From: Octopus sinensis
Lineage: Eukaryota
Length of the DNA stretch: 64,000 bases
NCBI RefSeq assembly: GCF_006345805.1
Contig: NC_043000.1
Location: 29,636,001 to 29,700,000 of the forward strand
Direction: 5' to 3'
The notes beneath the pieces are model-generated. The model was not told the DNA's origin. It saw only the letters and a program-made list of their open reading frames with translations, and made no database searches. A program made the position numbers and the translations under genes. Of the stretch, positions 13,508 through 25,865 are shown one piece after another. Within the stretch, counting starts at the first letter, position 1, and the number at the start of each line of letters is the position of its first letter.

Positions 13508-14063
13508 GAGTGAGAGAGCAGTGCATGCCATCAAAGTTGCACTGGGCTAAAATATACGAAGCCCAGTATACCCATCATGACTACCCGTCTGATAAGGGTA
13601 CACCAGCACATGCATCACAACCATATGTGCGCGACATGGTGATCTCATATCAAGATAAACAGCACACGAACTTGCAGTTGGGGCCAAGTTAGAATTTTCT
13701 TCTAGTCGAGTAACACATCCCGCTCAAAAGGTCCCTGAATAAGGGTTGTTTAAGGATGTTGAACGAAACACCCATGTTTCCAGAGGTGAATTATCCAAAC
13801 TTCTAAGAATTCCTTTCAACACACGGCTATGATGCTCCCCCAATACTTCTGCTCGTGATCAGAGATGCACATATCGTCAGCTACTAAGGGACATGGTCAA
13901 CTGGTTAAGGTCAAACAACTGACATGCAAATCTGTCGTATTGAACAGAATATTTGCTGTAGCCCATCTTTTATACCAAGTCAAAACAATGTACATGATAA
14001 CACTTCCAATCAGTTAAGATCAGAAGCCATGAGAGCCACTGCCTGGTACTGCATCAGGGCATT
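13508..14063 (-). mobile_element. Unclassified ~555-bp non-coding element with sharp ends embedded in trinucleotide microsatellite
   Basis: Complex, ORF-poor block; on minus it starts AATGCCCTGATGCAG and ends CTCTCTCACTC followed by (AAT)n. Single copy in this window; strand inferred from the tail. Confidence 0.55.
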
Positions 14064-14072
14064 TCTTCTTCT

Positions 14073-14161
<89 letters not shown>

Positions 14162-14191
14162 TCATCATCATCGTCGTCGTCGTCGTCGTCG

Positions 14192-14229
<38 letters not shown>

Positions 14230-14245
14230 ATTATTATTATTATTA
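14064..14245. repeat. Compound trinucleotide microsatellite (TTC/ATC/GTC/TTG/TTA)
   Basis: Direct reading. Confidence 0.95.
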
Positions 14246-14400
14246 TTCAGATCCCAGCCTGGAATCGAACTCGGAATCTTGGGGTTAGTAGCCCGCGCTC
14301 TTAACCACTACAACATAAAAAAAATCCACCGGCATATAGCGTAGTGGTTAAGAGCGCGGACTAATAACTCCAAGATTCCGAGTTCGATTCCAGGCAGTGA
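14246..14400. mobile_element. Head-to-head inverted pair of tRNA-like heads (family of 44583-45265)
   Basis: GCCTGGAATCGAACTCGGAATCTTGGGGTTAGTAGCCCGCGCTCTTAACCACTAC (minus) and GCGTAGTGGTTAAGAGCGCGGACTAATAACTCCAAGATTCCGAGTTCGATTCCAGGC (plus); good A and B boxes, no proper acceptor stem or CCA. Confidence 0.8.
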
Positions 14401-14977
14401 TAAGTTACCTACTTTATAACCCTACACAGACGTGCTCATACACGGCCAACTGTATGTTGTTCTCAGTAGATTTGGGGATCAGTCAACCAGTTTATTAAGA
14501 TGATTTCACCAACATTCCAGTTATGAAAATCTAAAATTCACTGAAATCATTGTATACCAATATCAATTGTTAAACTTTACTGTTTGTGGTTTGTTATATA
14601 TATTCGAGATATAAACGGTTAAAAGCTAATATAGATTTTGAACTATTTACATTGGTTTCAAATATATTTTGATCTGTTATAGGAAACATTTTTATTTCAA
14701 AGTTGTTTTATTCTGTTTCACTGAATTCTTTGTTGTGTATATAACTATATTTCTATAAAACAATGTATTAATCATATTAGTCATAAAACAACGGGTCATG
14801 CACTAATATATTTGGTGTTAATTTCTTTCATTTTTTGCCTCTGTCAACTGTTGGGAATTGCACTGCCCCTGAGAGACACATTATTTGCAATTGATATCTG
14901 ACAGCAATTTCCGGGAAGAAGACTTGACTTTCTAACATGACTGTATTAGCACTTCTCACAATATAGTCGCTTTCTCT

Positions 14978-15370
14978 AAGGCGGCGAGCTGGCAGAAACG
15001 TTAGCACGCCGGGCGAAATGCTCAGCGGTATTTCGTCTGCCGCTACGTTCTAAGTTCAAATTGCGCCGACGTCGACTTTGCCTTTCATCCTTTCGGGGTC
15101 GATTAAATAAGTACCAGTTACGCACTGGAGTAGATATAATCGACTTAATCAGTTTGTCTGTCCTTGTTTGTCCTCTCTATGTTTAGCCCCATGTGGGTAG
15201 TAAAGAAATAGGTATTTCCTCTGTCGCTACGTCCTGAGTTCAAATTCTGTCCAGGTCGACTTTGCCTTTCATCCTTTCGGGGTCGATAAATTAAATACCA
15301 GTTGCATCTAATCGACTGGCCCCCTTCCCCCAAAATTTCGGCCCTTGTGCCTAGAGTAGAAAAGAATGTA
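14978..15370 (+). mobile_element. SINE family A, head-to-tail dimer
   Basis: GGCGGCGAGCTGGCAGAAACGTTAGCACGCCGGGCGAAATG...GTTCAAATT head; second unit restarts after AAAGAAATAG at about 15210. Confidence 0.9.
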
Positions 15371-16770
15371 TTCGCTTTCTCGTACAATTACACAATTTTA
15401 AGAACACCTTTACAAGTGTATATTCACGTGCTACGTAATATTACTGGTGATATAAATTTCAGAGTATTTAAGTTCCATCTCTGTCATACCTATAGATATA
15501 TTCCTCTTTGCTTAATATTAGTTAGGCAAAAACAACGCAGCTAATTGTTTTCTGCAACCTCTAATTATGCTGCTGGAAATTTATCATGCCGTGTGTAGCA
15601 TCTATTATGTATATACGCTAGTATAGCGTCACTAGCTCTATTATATGATGTATGAGAAACTTCTCAAAGAAACTTGTGTTAACAACACCAAGCGTGCTCT
15701 GAAAGAGGTCGTCGACGGATCGTCACACATTGGTGTTTCGACTTAATTCGGCCACCTCAGCGTCACACACTCTCTGACATTCATAGCTGAGTCACAATAT
15801 TCGCTCCGATCAAGAAATTAGTACACTTGTTATTCCCTAATTTTAGTGAAAGCTGACCAGGCTAAAACTAAATCAATATTCGTACATGAAGCAACATCAT
15901 ATTATATTTACTTTTTTTCATTAAATGTCTATTTTTTATTAGTTTCCCGTTGAAACACCTTAATTCTGTTTCGCCATAAAGCAACAACTTTAAAAAACCA
16001 CGTACTTCACATCCACCATTAAAATTTCTTCTATTTATTCCTGTTAATTCTTTTCGCTGTTATCTTTGAAGGAACTTTTTTTTCTTATCTTTCCATATTT
16101 TTCTCCATCTCCCTTTAAGCATACTTTTTTCTGTATTCAAAATTTCTACACTTTCTTATTTCTCTATGTAACTGTCATTTTAGCTTGTTTTTCTATTTGT
16201 CAAGGCTTAAAAATATTGTTTAGTTAGTATTTTTTGCATAGCTATTTGTAGAAGATTTCCATTTCATCCCACAAGAGGTTTTTGTCCTCCACAATGAATA
16301 TTTTATTGAAGTTTCCATGCTGCGTAACACACCTGTCATCCTCTATTCACATCGGATATAAGTTTTCGAGTGTCAAATTTGCTTAATGATTCAAAATGTA
16401 ATTCGTATTATTTTTCATATTTCTCTAGCCATTGAAGAATATAGAGAAGGTACAGTGACTAGTGGTAATGGTGTTGCACACGTGATCGTAAGTTCCTGGT
16501 TTCGAGTTAGGAACCGGCATCAGGTTCACCGGCGTTGTGTGCATAAGCAATGCTTTCATTTCATTTTGCTCCAGTCTACTCAGCTGTAAAGGAGTTCCAT
16601 TAATGCTTGGGAATATAGGCCTGTGACGGACCAATCACAGTCAAAGGCAATGGAAGTTAGATTAAGTTCTGGTGTCAAGATTCCTAGAGCTCATGGCAGA
16701 ACTAAATGGAAATTATTATATCTATAATTTATCATTGGAAGCTCGAAACCTTTGATGTTTATTACCATTT

Positions 16771-16851
<81 letters not shown>

Positions 16852-16854
<3 letters not shown>

Positions 16855-16995
16855 CGCAGGACTGGCTGTGTGGTAAGAAGCTTGCTTCCCAGCCACATGG
16901 TTCCGGGTTGGGTTTCGTCCCACTGCGTGGCACCTTGGGCCAACCAAAACTTTGTGAGTGGATTTGGTAGACGGAAACTGAAAGAAGCCTGTCGA
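16852..16995 (+). mobile_element. SINE family B, 5' half
   Basis: AGGCGCAGGACTGGCTGTGTGGTAAG...GGAAACTGAAAGAAGCCTGTCG between (TA)n tracts. Confidence 0.85.
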
Positions 16996-17027
<32 letters not shown>

Positions 17028-18851
17028 TTGTGTCTATGTTCGTACCCCACCTTATATATATATACATGTATATATATGGTGTATTTCGGTTATCTCATTT
17101 AAAGTCTTAAGTCCATATTAGAAATAATTACGGAATTATCCCCCCGAGAAAATAATAGATATAAAAGGTTATTATTAGTTAATTTAGGCAATTTTTTTGT
17201 ATACCAACTAATTCAGATAGATAAACGAGTTGTTGCATTGAAGATATAATTGTTTATATATATTTTGCTGCAGTTACACGTAGGAGAAACACACATATAT
17301 TATTATTGTATGTTGTGATGACAAGAGACTATCTTGGACATGAAAGATATGTGTTTGAGATATAATGAAGTGAATTTCGATGACTGTGGATTGCACTTGA
17401 TCGTATCGTCCGTTAAAGTGTTTCTGTTGTTTTTTAAATTATAATTGATGTGTGATTGAATAGTTAACGCTCACGCTCTTAACACAGACATATGAATTAA
17501 TTTTTACAATCCAGCCGTTCTTTCACACGGAATTTTGTCTTTTCTGAACCAAAGACCCTGAAGTGACTTTATATATAATGGGATAATGATTACGTATATC
17601 AGAAAATATATATATATAAGTCGAAACAAACCGTTATGGTTTTTATAATTGTTTATATAATTTTATCTTATGTTATATATTATATTTCATAGAATTTAAT
17701 GTAATATTGTAATATAAATAAATCATTGGATTGTCAATATAATATCTCTATATTTAATTTATCTTTACAACTGAATTATACCAATATTTATATTGTATTC
17801 AACAGATGTACCAATGAATTGGATGTTTAACACACTCCTTTGAAGTATCTCTTTTCCTCGGTTTGTTACTTTATATATATATATATATTATATATATATA
17901 TATGTGTGTGTGTGTGTGGTGTGTGTGTGTATGTGTGTGTGTGTGTATGTATATATATATATATATATATATATGTAGTATGTATGTGTGTGTATGTGTG
18001 TGTGTGTGTATGTATTCAATAAAAGTTGAGAAAATGGAGAGTTGGTAAAAATGTAAATTAATTTATTAATATAGTTCCAAGGTAAAATCAGGACAGAAAT
18101 AAATTCCCAAAACCTGCGAACGTTTTTCGATTCCTGCCTATAGATTAATGCATAATTTAAAGAATTGTTGAGAATTAATTATCATTTCGGAAAATAGAGG
18201 GTAGAATCTATTCAGGGTTTTTTATTTTTTATTTTTTGTTTGTTATTTTTGGATATATTAATCCTTTAGGAGTATAAGATATCCTCAAATTGACTACATA
18301 CACACACACATATATATGTATGTATGTATACACATATATACATACATATGAATACATGTGTTTATGTGCGTATAAGTGTGTATTCATAAGCACACGCAAA
18401 TAAACACACACAGATGCACACATACACATTCAAGTGAGTGGAAAATAAAAGTAGTAATCAAAACGTTTCGAAGGAGTTATGTATACCATTAATAACTGTT
18501 TCACTCAGCTTCACATAACTTATTATTATTATTAATTTTCTTTTTATTGTTTCAATATTACATTTAAACCCCAACTCTTTATGACTGTCTCTGTATTGTC
18601 CCCCTCTGTATTGCCTTGTGGCAAATAAATGAAATTCTTCTTTTTCTTCTTCCTATTCTTCTTCTTCTTCTTCTTCTTCTTCTCTTCTTCTTCTTCTTCT
18701 TCTTCTCTTCTTCGTCTTCTCCTCCTCTTTTGGGTTTGTTCTTATTCCTGGAAGAATTTATGTGGGTATCGGTTTACTACCTGTAACCGTAGATAACCAC
18801 GAGCTTTCAACTATCATCCAAGTGTTCATAACTTTTCTGTCATCATCATCA

Positions 18852-18908
<57 letters not shown>

Positions 18909-18926
18909 GTATCATTATCATTATTA

Positions 18927-18975
<49 letters not shown>

Positions 18976-18977
<2 letters not shown>

Positions 18978-19841
18978 GAAAACTCACAGCTTCTTTTGCT
19001 GGGTATGAGAGAAAGTGCCAGCTATCCTCAGCCAGCAGGCTAAAATGACATTTGTTTACTGCTCATGCTTCAAGAACCCTACGAAGAATTCTTGCAGTTC
19101 CAAGCAATGCTGATTTTTGTAGGTGTTTAACCTTGGCACTTGCACCAATCTTTTTCAGCCATGTTGGTAGTTGAGTTCTGATACTTCCAAGTGCACCAAT
19201 TATTATTGGTTATCACGTCTACTCTCTTCACTGACCACAACTTTCGTATTTCCCACTTCAAATCGTCATAGTTGTTTATTTTTTCTTCTTCTTTCACATT
19301 GATGTTGTTGTCACCGGGGCATGATATGTCGATTATCATATACATTCCTTCTTTTTTATTCACCCCAACAATATCCTGTTCTCAATGTCTGGTCGAGTGA
19401 TCGCACTGGATTATTGCATCCCACAGGATTTTGCAATTCTCTTTTTCGGTGACTCCTTCTGGAGTTTTCTCATACCATGCCTTTGTTCTTTGTAGGCAGC
19501 GATTTCCACAGAGCTCCCAATGGATCATTCTTGCCACATTGTTATGGCGTCGTTCTTAATCGCCTTGTACCAATTTCGAGCATTGGCTAACGATGTGCCA
19601 TACCGTTTCATCCCTTTCACTACACATTCTGCATTTCTTGTTATCGGTAGTGTTGTCTACTCTGCACTTCATATAATTGGTTCTTAAAGCTTTTCCTGAC
19701 CTACGCATATGAGGGCTTCTGTCTCTATCTTCAGGTCATCCCTAATCCTTCATATTCACCGGTCCTCTGTAACTGTCTTGTTGTTCACATCTATTGCAAC
19801 CTCACTGTACAGCTCACATCACCTGAAAACTGACCTTACAG
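18976..19841 (-). mobile_element. 5'-truncated R4/Dong-like RLE retrotransposon, copy 1 (pseudogenised)
   Basis: Minus translation with stops and frameshifts: L*GQF...QE-ALRTNY...CRMCSERDETVWHIVSQC (CCHC knuckle)...DIVGVNKKEGMYMIIDISCPGDNNINVKEEEKINNYDDL (RLE PD..D..EK..Y region)...LQKSALLGTARILRRVLEA* (stop 19063-19065); 3' end runs into (TAA)n. Confidence 0.9.
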
Positions 19842-19847
19842 TTATTA

Positions 19848-20632
19848 TTTACTTTTAATCTGCATGTTTGTTATAATCACTCCCCGAAACACATCGAGCA
19901 TCCTATGGCGAGTGAAGGATAAGCGATGTTACAGTATGACGTAAAGCTTGGGGAGAAGTGGCAGGAGCAGTAGTAAAATATCTTCATGTATTACAAAACA
20001 TACATTTAAATTGATAGGGTTTTCCTAAGGATGTGGGCAATAAATTTTAGCACATTCTTTCGGATTTCTCTGAGACGTTGTTCCCCTGGGATGTCTTCTA
20101 GATGTTTCTAATATCCCTTTCTCATCATACCTAGTGCACCTAGAAAAACAGAAACAGTTCTCGCTTTATGATGCCATATGTTTTGTATTTCAATTTCCAG
20201 GTCCTTTTATTTACCCAATTTGCCAAATTCCTTTACAGATATATTTTTATCAGTGGGAACTCTTACATCTATTAGTCTACAAGTATTTCTTCTCTGTCCT
20301 TAAGGGCGATGTCTGGTGGATTAGACTGGATCGTTCTGTCGGTGTTGAGTGGAAAATCTCAGAGGATGGTGACATTTTAACCTTCAATGATTGGCTCAGG
20401 ATGATATTCATACCGTAAGCAGGATTGTTGATTTTGTAGTGTTTACATATTTTCCGATGTAAATTCTTTCCTAATCTACAGTGTATATTTTTGTATTCGT
20501 TTGGTGTCAGCACAGGACATCCTGAGAAGAGATGGTCTATTGTTTTATCACATTAATCACAGAATCTCCGTTTATGGTTAGAACCATTTTGAAGAAAGTT
20601 AGCCTGGTAGTTTTGGTAAGCATGCTTTGATG
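19848..20632 (-). mobile_element. 5'-truncated R4/Dong-like RLE retrotransposon, copy 2 (different subfamily)
   Basis: Minus translation: QSMLTKNYQAN...KTIDHLFSGCPVL...WYEYHPEP...DRTIQSNPPDIAL...IDVRVPTDKNISVKEFGKLGK*KDL...GALG...AHILRKTLSI* (stop 20006-20008); (TAA)n at its 5' flank and TAATAA at its 3' junction. Confidence 0.88.
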
Positions 20633-20646
20633 TATTATTATTATTA

Positions 20647-20687
<41 letters not shown>

Positions 20688-20935
20688 AATTTGTTCCCAG
20701 GTTCCGCGGCAATAAAGAGACACAAATGATTATTAGAATACATCTATAAAATATTTCCACACAGCGACCACAGAGATACACATACACGTGTATGTAATAC
20801 AGGTGCGCGCGCGTGCGTTTATGTCTGTGCGTACATGTATGAATATCACATATGTACTTATATGTACATATATGTGTATGAATTCGTACATGTGCATGTA
20901 TGTATGTATACATACATACAGCTATAATATATATA

Positions 20936-21004
<69 letters not shown>

Positions 21005-21044
21005 GATACATATATATTATATTGTGTGTGTATATATATACATA

Positions 21045-21235
21045 ACGGGAAGGTTTACGAAAATAAACAGAAGACGAAGGCAGGTGGAGTACAAACAAAT
21101 AATTGTATTAGTATGGCGCTCAGGAATAGAAATAAAACAAGTCTTTTACGTTTCGAGCCTACGCTCTTCGACAGAAAGATACACAGAAAAGAAACAAGGA
21201 GAGAAACAAGGAGTGAAAAAAATGCGTGTAGGAGC
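21045..21235 (-). mobile_element. ~190-bp non-coding element with variant HHR, adjacent to (TA)n (family shared with 60025-60200)
   Basis: Clear pairwise homology with 60025-60200 (TTTACGAAAA...GACGAAG...CAGGTGG...TGTATTAGTAT...GCTCAGGAATAGAAA...GTCTTTTACGTTTCGAGCCTACGCTCTTC). Confidence 0.75.
21141..21180 (-). ncRNA. Minimal type-I hammerhead, A6U core variant
   Basis: TCTTT-CTGTCGA-A-GAGC(GTAG)GCTC-GAAAC-GTA-AAAGA: 5-bp stem I, 4-bp stem II, palindromic ACGT stem III. Confidence 0.65.
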
Positions 21236-22096
21236 TAGATAGATAGATAGATGGATAATATATATATATATACAAATACATACACACATGCACACGCACA
21301 TATATATACATACTCACACGTATATATGTAAATACATACACACATACACACACACATACACACACACACACATATATATATACACACACAGACATACACA
21401 CACATATAAATGTATATATACGCATTCAGAGAGATACAGATTTATATTGAGCAGACACAGAGAGACTCACGCAAACAGATACACTGCGGCTATATGTCTC
21501 AGATATAAATAATACCCCTTCCAGAAACGATTTTTCTCTGCGACTCAGTGATACAGAATTATATATTTTTCTTACACGGATGACAAAATTCACAAAACTA
21601 TATACTAGAATATTTAAACACTACAGTACGGAAATCCCAGATATAGGTTAGACTTGGTTTAAAGTACATTGGCAAAAAGAAGAAGGAGAAACCGATCTAA
21701 TCAAACATGTATTTATTCTTTTTATTATTTCGTTTGTTAGATATTTTTTGCGAAATATAGATTTACAATTACATGCATATCACTGCGCATTCAAGAAGAT
21801 GTGTAGCCATTCAATTTTGAATTATGCAAATATGTACAAATTTAAGATCATAGGAACACTCATAAAAGGGGAAAAACTCACATATGCACACACACTAAGA
21901 CACACGTGATGCACACTCAATGCAGGAAGACAGTCATACACACACACACACACACATGTATATTTGTTCATATGTACATATGTCGAGTAAGCTGTTCTGT
22001 ATCAAAATACAAATAGTTTGTATTAATATGCATGTATGCTTCAATAAAAGTCTTTCTCTAAACAATGTTTATATACGTGCTACACATGCATGCACG

Positions 22097-22127
<31 letters not shown>

Positions 22128-22413
22128 GTAAATATATGTGTGGGTGAGTGTGTGTGTGTGTATTTTCTCAGCCGATAGATACAGAGATAAATACATGGAT
22201 AGGAAGGTAGATACGTACAAATACACGGGTACGCGCATATATATATGTATGTATATATATATACTATATATATATATATATATAATATATATATATACGA
22301 ATTATATAATATATATATATTATATATATATATATGTATATATATATATGATATATATGTATATAAGATATATATATATATACACATATATATGTATACA
22401 AACACATATATAC

Positions 22414-22457
<44 letters not shown>

Positions 22458-23391
22458 GTACATACACACACACATATATACATGTTCAAGTCTAAGTAAG
22501 TGCGTGTCTTCAAATTTTCTATAACAGAGAAGTTCTGTAATTTCCAGAACATTTACCAACCAAAAGAATTATTTCCTAGATTTATGTTTCAGTAATGTAG
22601 TACAAAGATAGCAAGATGAAGTCAGGCCGTTCTTCTCTACTTCTCTCACACAAACAGTTACTTTCTGGGGGAAATTGTCTTTGCAAATATAGTTTTGCAA
22701 TTTTACAAATGGCAGGCAATGATTCTCAGATTTATCACACAATTTTAAAATGTATTAGATATATCGGTTACCATAGTCTTAGATTTATCTGCAAAAAGAA
22801 GACAGACCGATCCTTTCTTCTGTAGTAGTTTTAGTGAGATGATAGCGATTCGTCACAGGTTCGTGTAGTAAGGGTAGGCATGCGGTACCGTACGTAACAT
22901 GAAAACAACACGAATAACACTCCTCAGCACCAAACATGAAACAAAATATTCTGAAGGCTAATACAACCCACCACAGACTGACGCACTTAAACAGACAACA
23001 AAAACCATGAAAATCTCGTATAAACTCTTAAAAACTCACAAGGAAATCTGGTTGTGTCGTAAATATCTCTCTTCTTACAGTCATAGTCCTGCAGTAAATT
23101 TAAACTGGAAACGTAAACATGGACGCCTCAAACATAAATGTACACGGAAACAAAAAATATATACAACATACACCATATAAACGAAATGCACAGAAATTTA
23201 AACACACTGTAATATATTTTATGGAATACTTCTGAAATATAAACGTCTTTATGGAAATAACAAACGTCAGAACGTATGACATTCAACTTGTTATTGTTCA
23301 AGAAATAAAATTATAACTCAAGCATAAATTCGAAATTGTATATTGATGAGGTAGGAGAGATTTACATAAGAGAAGTCCTCATGTTCTTTTA

Positions 23392-23578
23392 GGCGTAGGA
23401 GTGGCTGTGTGGTAAGTAGCTTGCTTACGAACCACATGGTTTCGGGTTCAGTCCCACTGCGTAGCACCTTGGGCAAGTGTCTTCTGATATATATCCTCGG
23501 CCCGACCAAAGCCTTATAAGTGGATTTGGTAGACGGAAACTGAAAGAAGTCTGTCGTATATATATATATATATATATA

Positions 23579-23624
<46 letters not shown>

Positions 23625-23822
23625 CATGTATTTGTGTGTTTATATGTTTGTGTGTCTGTGTTAGTACCTCCAACGTCGCTTGACAACCAGTTCAGCAAAA
23701 GAGGCCGATAGAATAAGTACTAGGCTTACAAAGAATAAGTCCTGGGCTCGATTTGTTCGACTAAAAAGAGCGGTGCTCGAGCATGGCCGCAGTCAAATGA
23801 CTGAAACAAGTAAAAGAGTAAA
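23392..23822 (+). mobile_element. SINE family B, full length
   Basis: Head, body, internal (TA)n and tail ending GAAACAAGTAAAAGAGTAAA. Confidence 0.9.
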
Positions 23823-24334
23823 GCGTATAACATGCATAGCTTGAGGAATAGATACAAGCCAATCGTTCTTTAATTTAAAGTACGAAAACAGTCTCAGAAA
23901 AATTTTACCCTTCCCAATGAAAAAGAAAAACGAACAAATTATGAAATGAAGGAAACTTCCCATTAAGTTAACTTAATCAATACAAGAATTCGGCTCACTT
24001 ATTGACGGAAGCACATATACCTATAACGCATACTGGTACAAAACAACACATGTAGTACAAGAGGTGACACAACAATATTCCAACTAATCAGACTCCGCAT
24101 CTTAAATATGCCATATAAACACACCTATTGACTTCACCGAGACGAAGACAATATCATTTTCCCAGACGTTATGCGTTGTTCTATGCACCTAACCACTATA
24201 ACTGCATAGAAATTTCATGGCAGCTACTTCTGGCCAGCATCACAGATCTCTTCATACTTTTCGAAAGAAAAATGTAAGACTTTGAGTAGACTCAGTTGTG
24301 TTAAAAAATGGTTATCATAGATGTATTAAAATAC

Positions 24335-24378
<44 letters not shown>

Positions 24379-24381
<3 letters not shown>

Positions 24382-24605
24382 GGAGTAAACACATAAATGT
24401 GAAACAAGGTGGAAAAAAGAGTACTCAAATACCAGTGGTAGAGTAATATGCTTTATTTTAAGCAGCAGAAAATTCAACAAAATCTGTTACTCTGAGTTTT
24501 TCGTTGCCGTTCATCAGACAGTTTTTTGCAAAAACTGTCTGATGAACGGCAACGAGAAACTCAGAGTAACAGATTTTGTTGAATTTTCTGCTGCTTAAAA
24601 TAAAG
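24379..24605. mobile_element. Palindromic non-coding element carrying two inverted hammerheads, inserted in (TA)n
   Basis: Near-perfect 77-bp arms 24451-24527 / 24530-24605. Plus HHR 24531-24577: AAAACTGT-CTGATGA-ACG(GCAA)CGA-GAAAC-TCAGA-GTA-ACAGATTTT. The minus copy (24481-24527) has G12 changed to A. Confidence 0.85.
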
Positions 24606-24643
24606 TATATATTATATATATATATATATATAATATATATCTT

Positions 24644-24837
24644 ATAAACAAGGACAAAAGAAAAAATTCAATGCCAAATATGCCGAAATAGACTTTATCG
24701 TCACTAAGCATATAATTTATCACTATAAGTAGGCGTTTCGAGACTCGTGCTTATAGTGATAAATTATATGGTTATTGACGATTACGTCTATTTCACCATA
24801 TTTGGTATTGAATTTTCTTTCTTTTGCCCTTGTTTAT
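24644..24837. repeat. Foldback inverted repeat (~88-bp arms, 16-nt loop)
   Basis: ATAAACAAGGACAAAAG...TATCACTATAAGTA / TGCTTATAGTGATA...CTTTTGCCCTTGTTTAT; the loop contains GCGTTTCG. Confidence 0.85.
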
Positions 24838-24994
24838 TAGTTGTTTATAAATTTAATCTTTAAAGGTATTTTTTTAATATGCTGGCCATTGATAATATTT
24901 TTTCGAAAATTTTATCCTATATTAGATGTAAATATATATATATATATACCTTGCACTGCACTACTCCTCAACTATTCGCCTAAGAAGATTTTCG

Positions 24995-25560
24995 CTAGCG
25001 TGACATGATAACTGACAAAACCAAGAACATCCAAGTCCTCAAGTTTTATTTACCAACCAAGGTAAAAGAGCTTATATCTGCTCATGCGGTAAGCTATCTC
25101 GCTCCAGACACCAAACCGACATCCAGATGCTATAAAGAGATCAAATATCATTCCGAAGGGTATAAAGGCTACCATGAAATCTCTTGGAATGGACCCAGAG
25201 GACATAGAAACCCTTACTTCGGATCGAGCTAGATGGCGAACAAAAGTGTAGAGTGGAGTGAAAGGCTTTGAAGAGGTCAAGATAATGCATGCAAGACTCA
25301 AGAGAGATTTAAAGAAGAATGTTATGATTGAGAAGGTGAATCACAATGACCTTTTTGAGTGCACAGTTTGAGACAGACCATGACTTTCTTTTGCTAACTT
25401 CAAACCTCATTTCCGGACCCATGAAAAACGAACCTCCACCAACTATTCTGTTTATATATCTATGCCCACCTTTCAATGCCATATATGCCATAAGGTCTGC
25501 AATTCTAATGGAGTCCTCAAAAGTTATTTTAAGATCTACAAAGATCAGAACTTAACTACA
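24995..25560 (+). mobile_element. RTE-like LINE C-terminal remnant with two C2H2-type fingers
   Basis: Frame with stops: KATMKSLGMDPEDIETLTSDRARWRTKV*SGVKGFEE...FECTV*DRP*LSFANFKPHFRTH...FQCHICHKVCNSNGVLKSYFKIY; the D-R-x-x-W-R motif is typical of RTE-clade C-termini. Confidence 0.7.
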
Positions 25561-25725
25561 GCCCGTGGTGGCCCAAATTGGATATGCAATCCATGTGGGT
25601 GCCTTTAAAAAGCCACATCAAACACCATGATGAAGCTAAGGTTTAGGTACAGGAGGTGATCAGAGACCGCATAGAGAGTAGACAATCAGCATAGATATAT
25701 ATATGTATATATATATATATATATA

Positions 25726-25865
25726 CTTTATTTAAAGCAGCAGAAAATTCAACAAAACAGATTTTGTTGAATTTTCTGCTGCTTTAAATAAAGCATATTA
25801 CTCTACCACTGGTATTTGAGTACTCTTTTTTCCACCTTGTTTCACATTTATGTGTTTACTCCGGT
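25726..25865. mobile_element. Copy of the 24379 element with the HHR-containing hairpin apex deleted
   Basis: Arms 25726-25757 / 25762-25793 match the outer arms at 24451-24605; about 87 nt including both HHRs are missing; same tail ending CTCCGGTATATA. Confidence 0.85.

Noticed and set aside
14330-14400. Functional tRNA genes (here, at 44862 and at SINE heads)
   Set aside because: A and B boxes are present, but there is no complete acceptor stem and each continues into repeat bodies; these are SINE heads.
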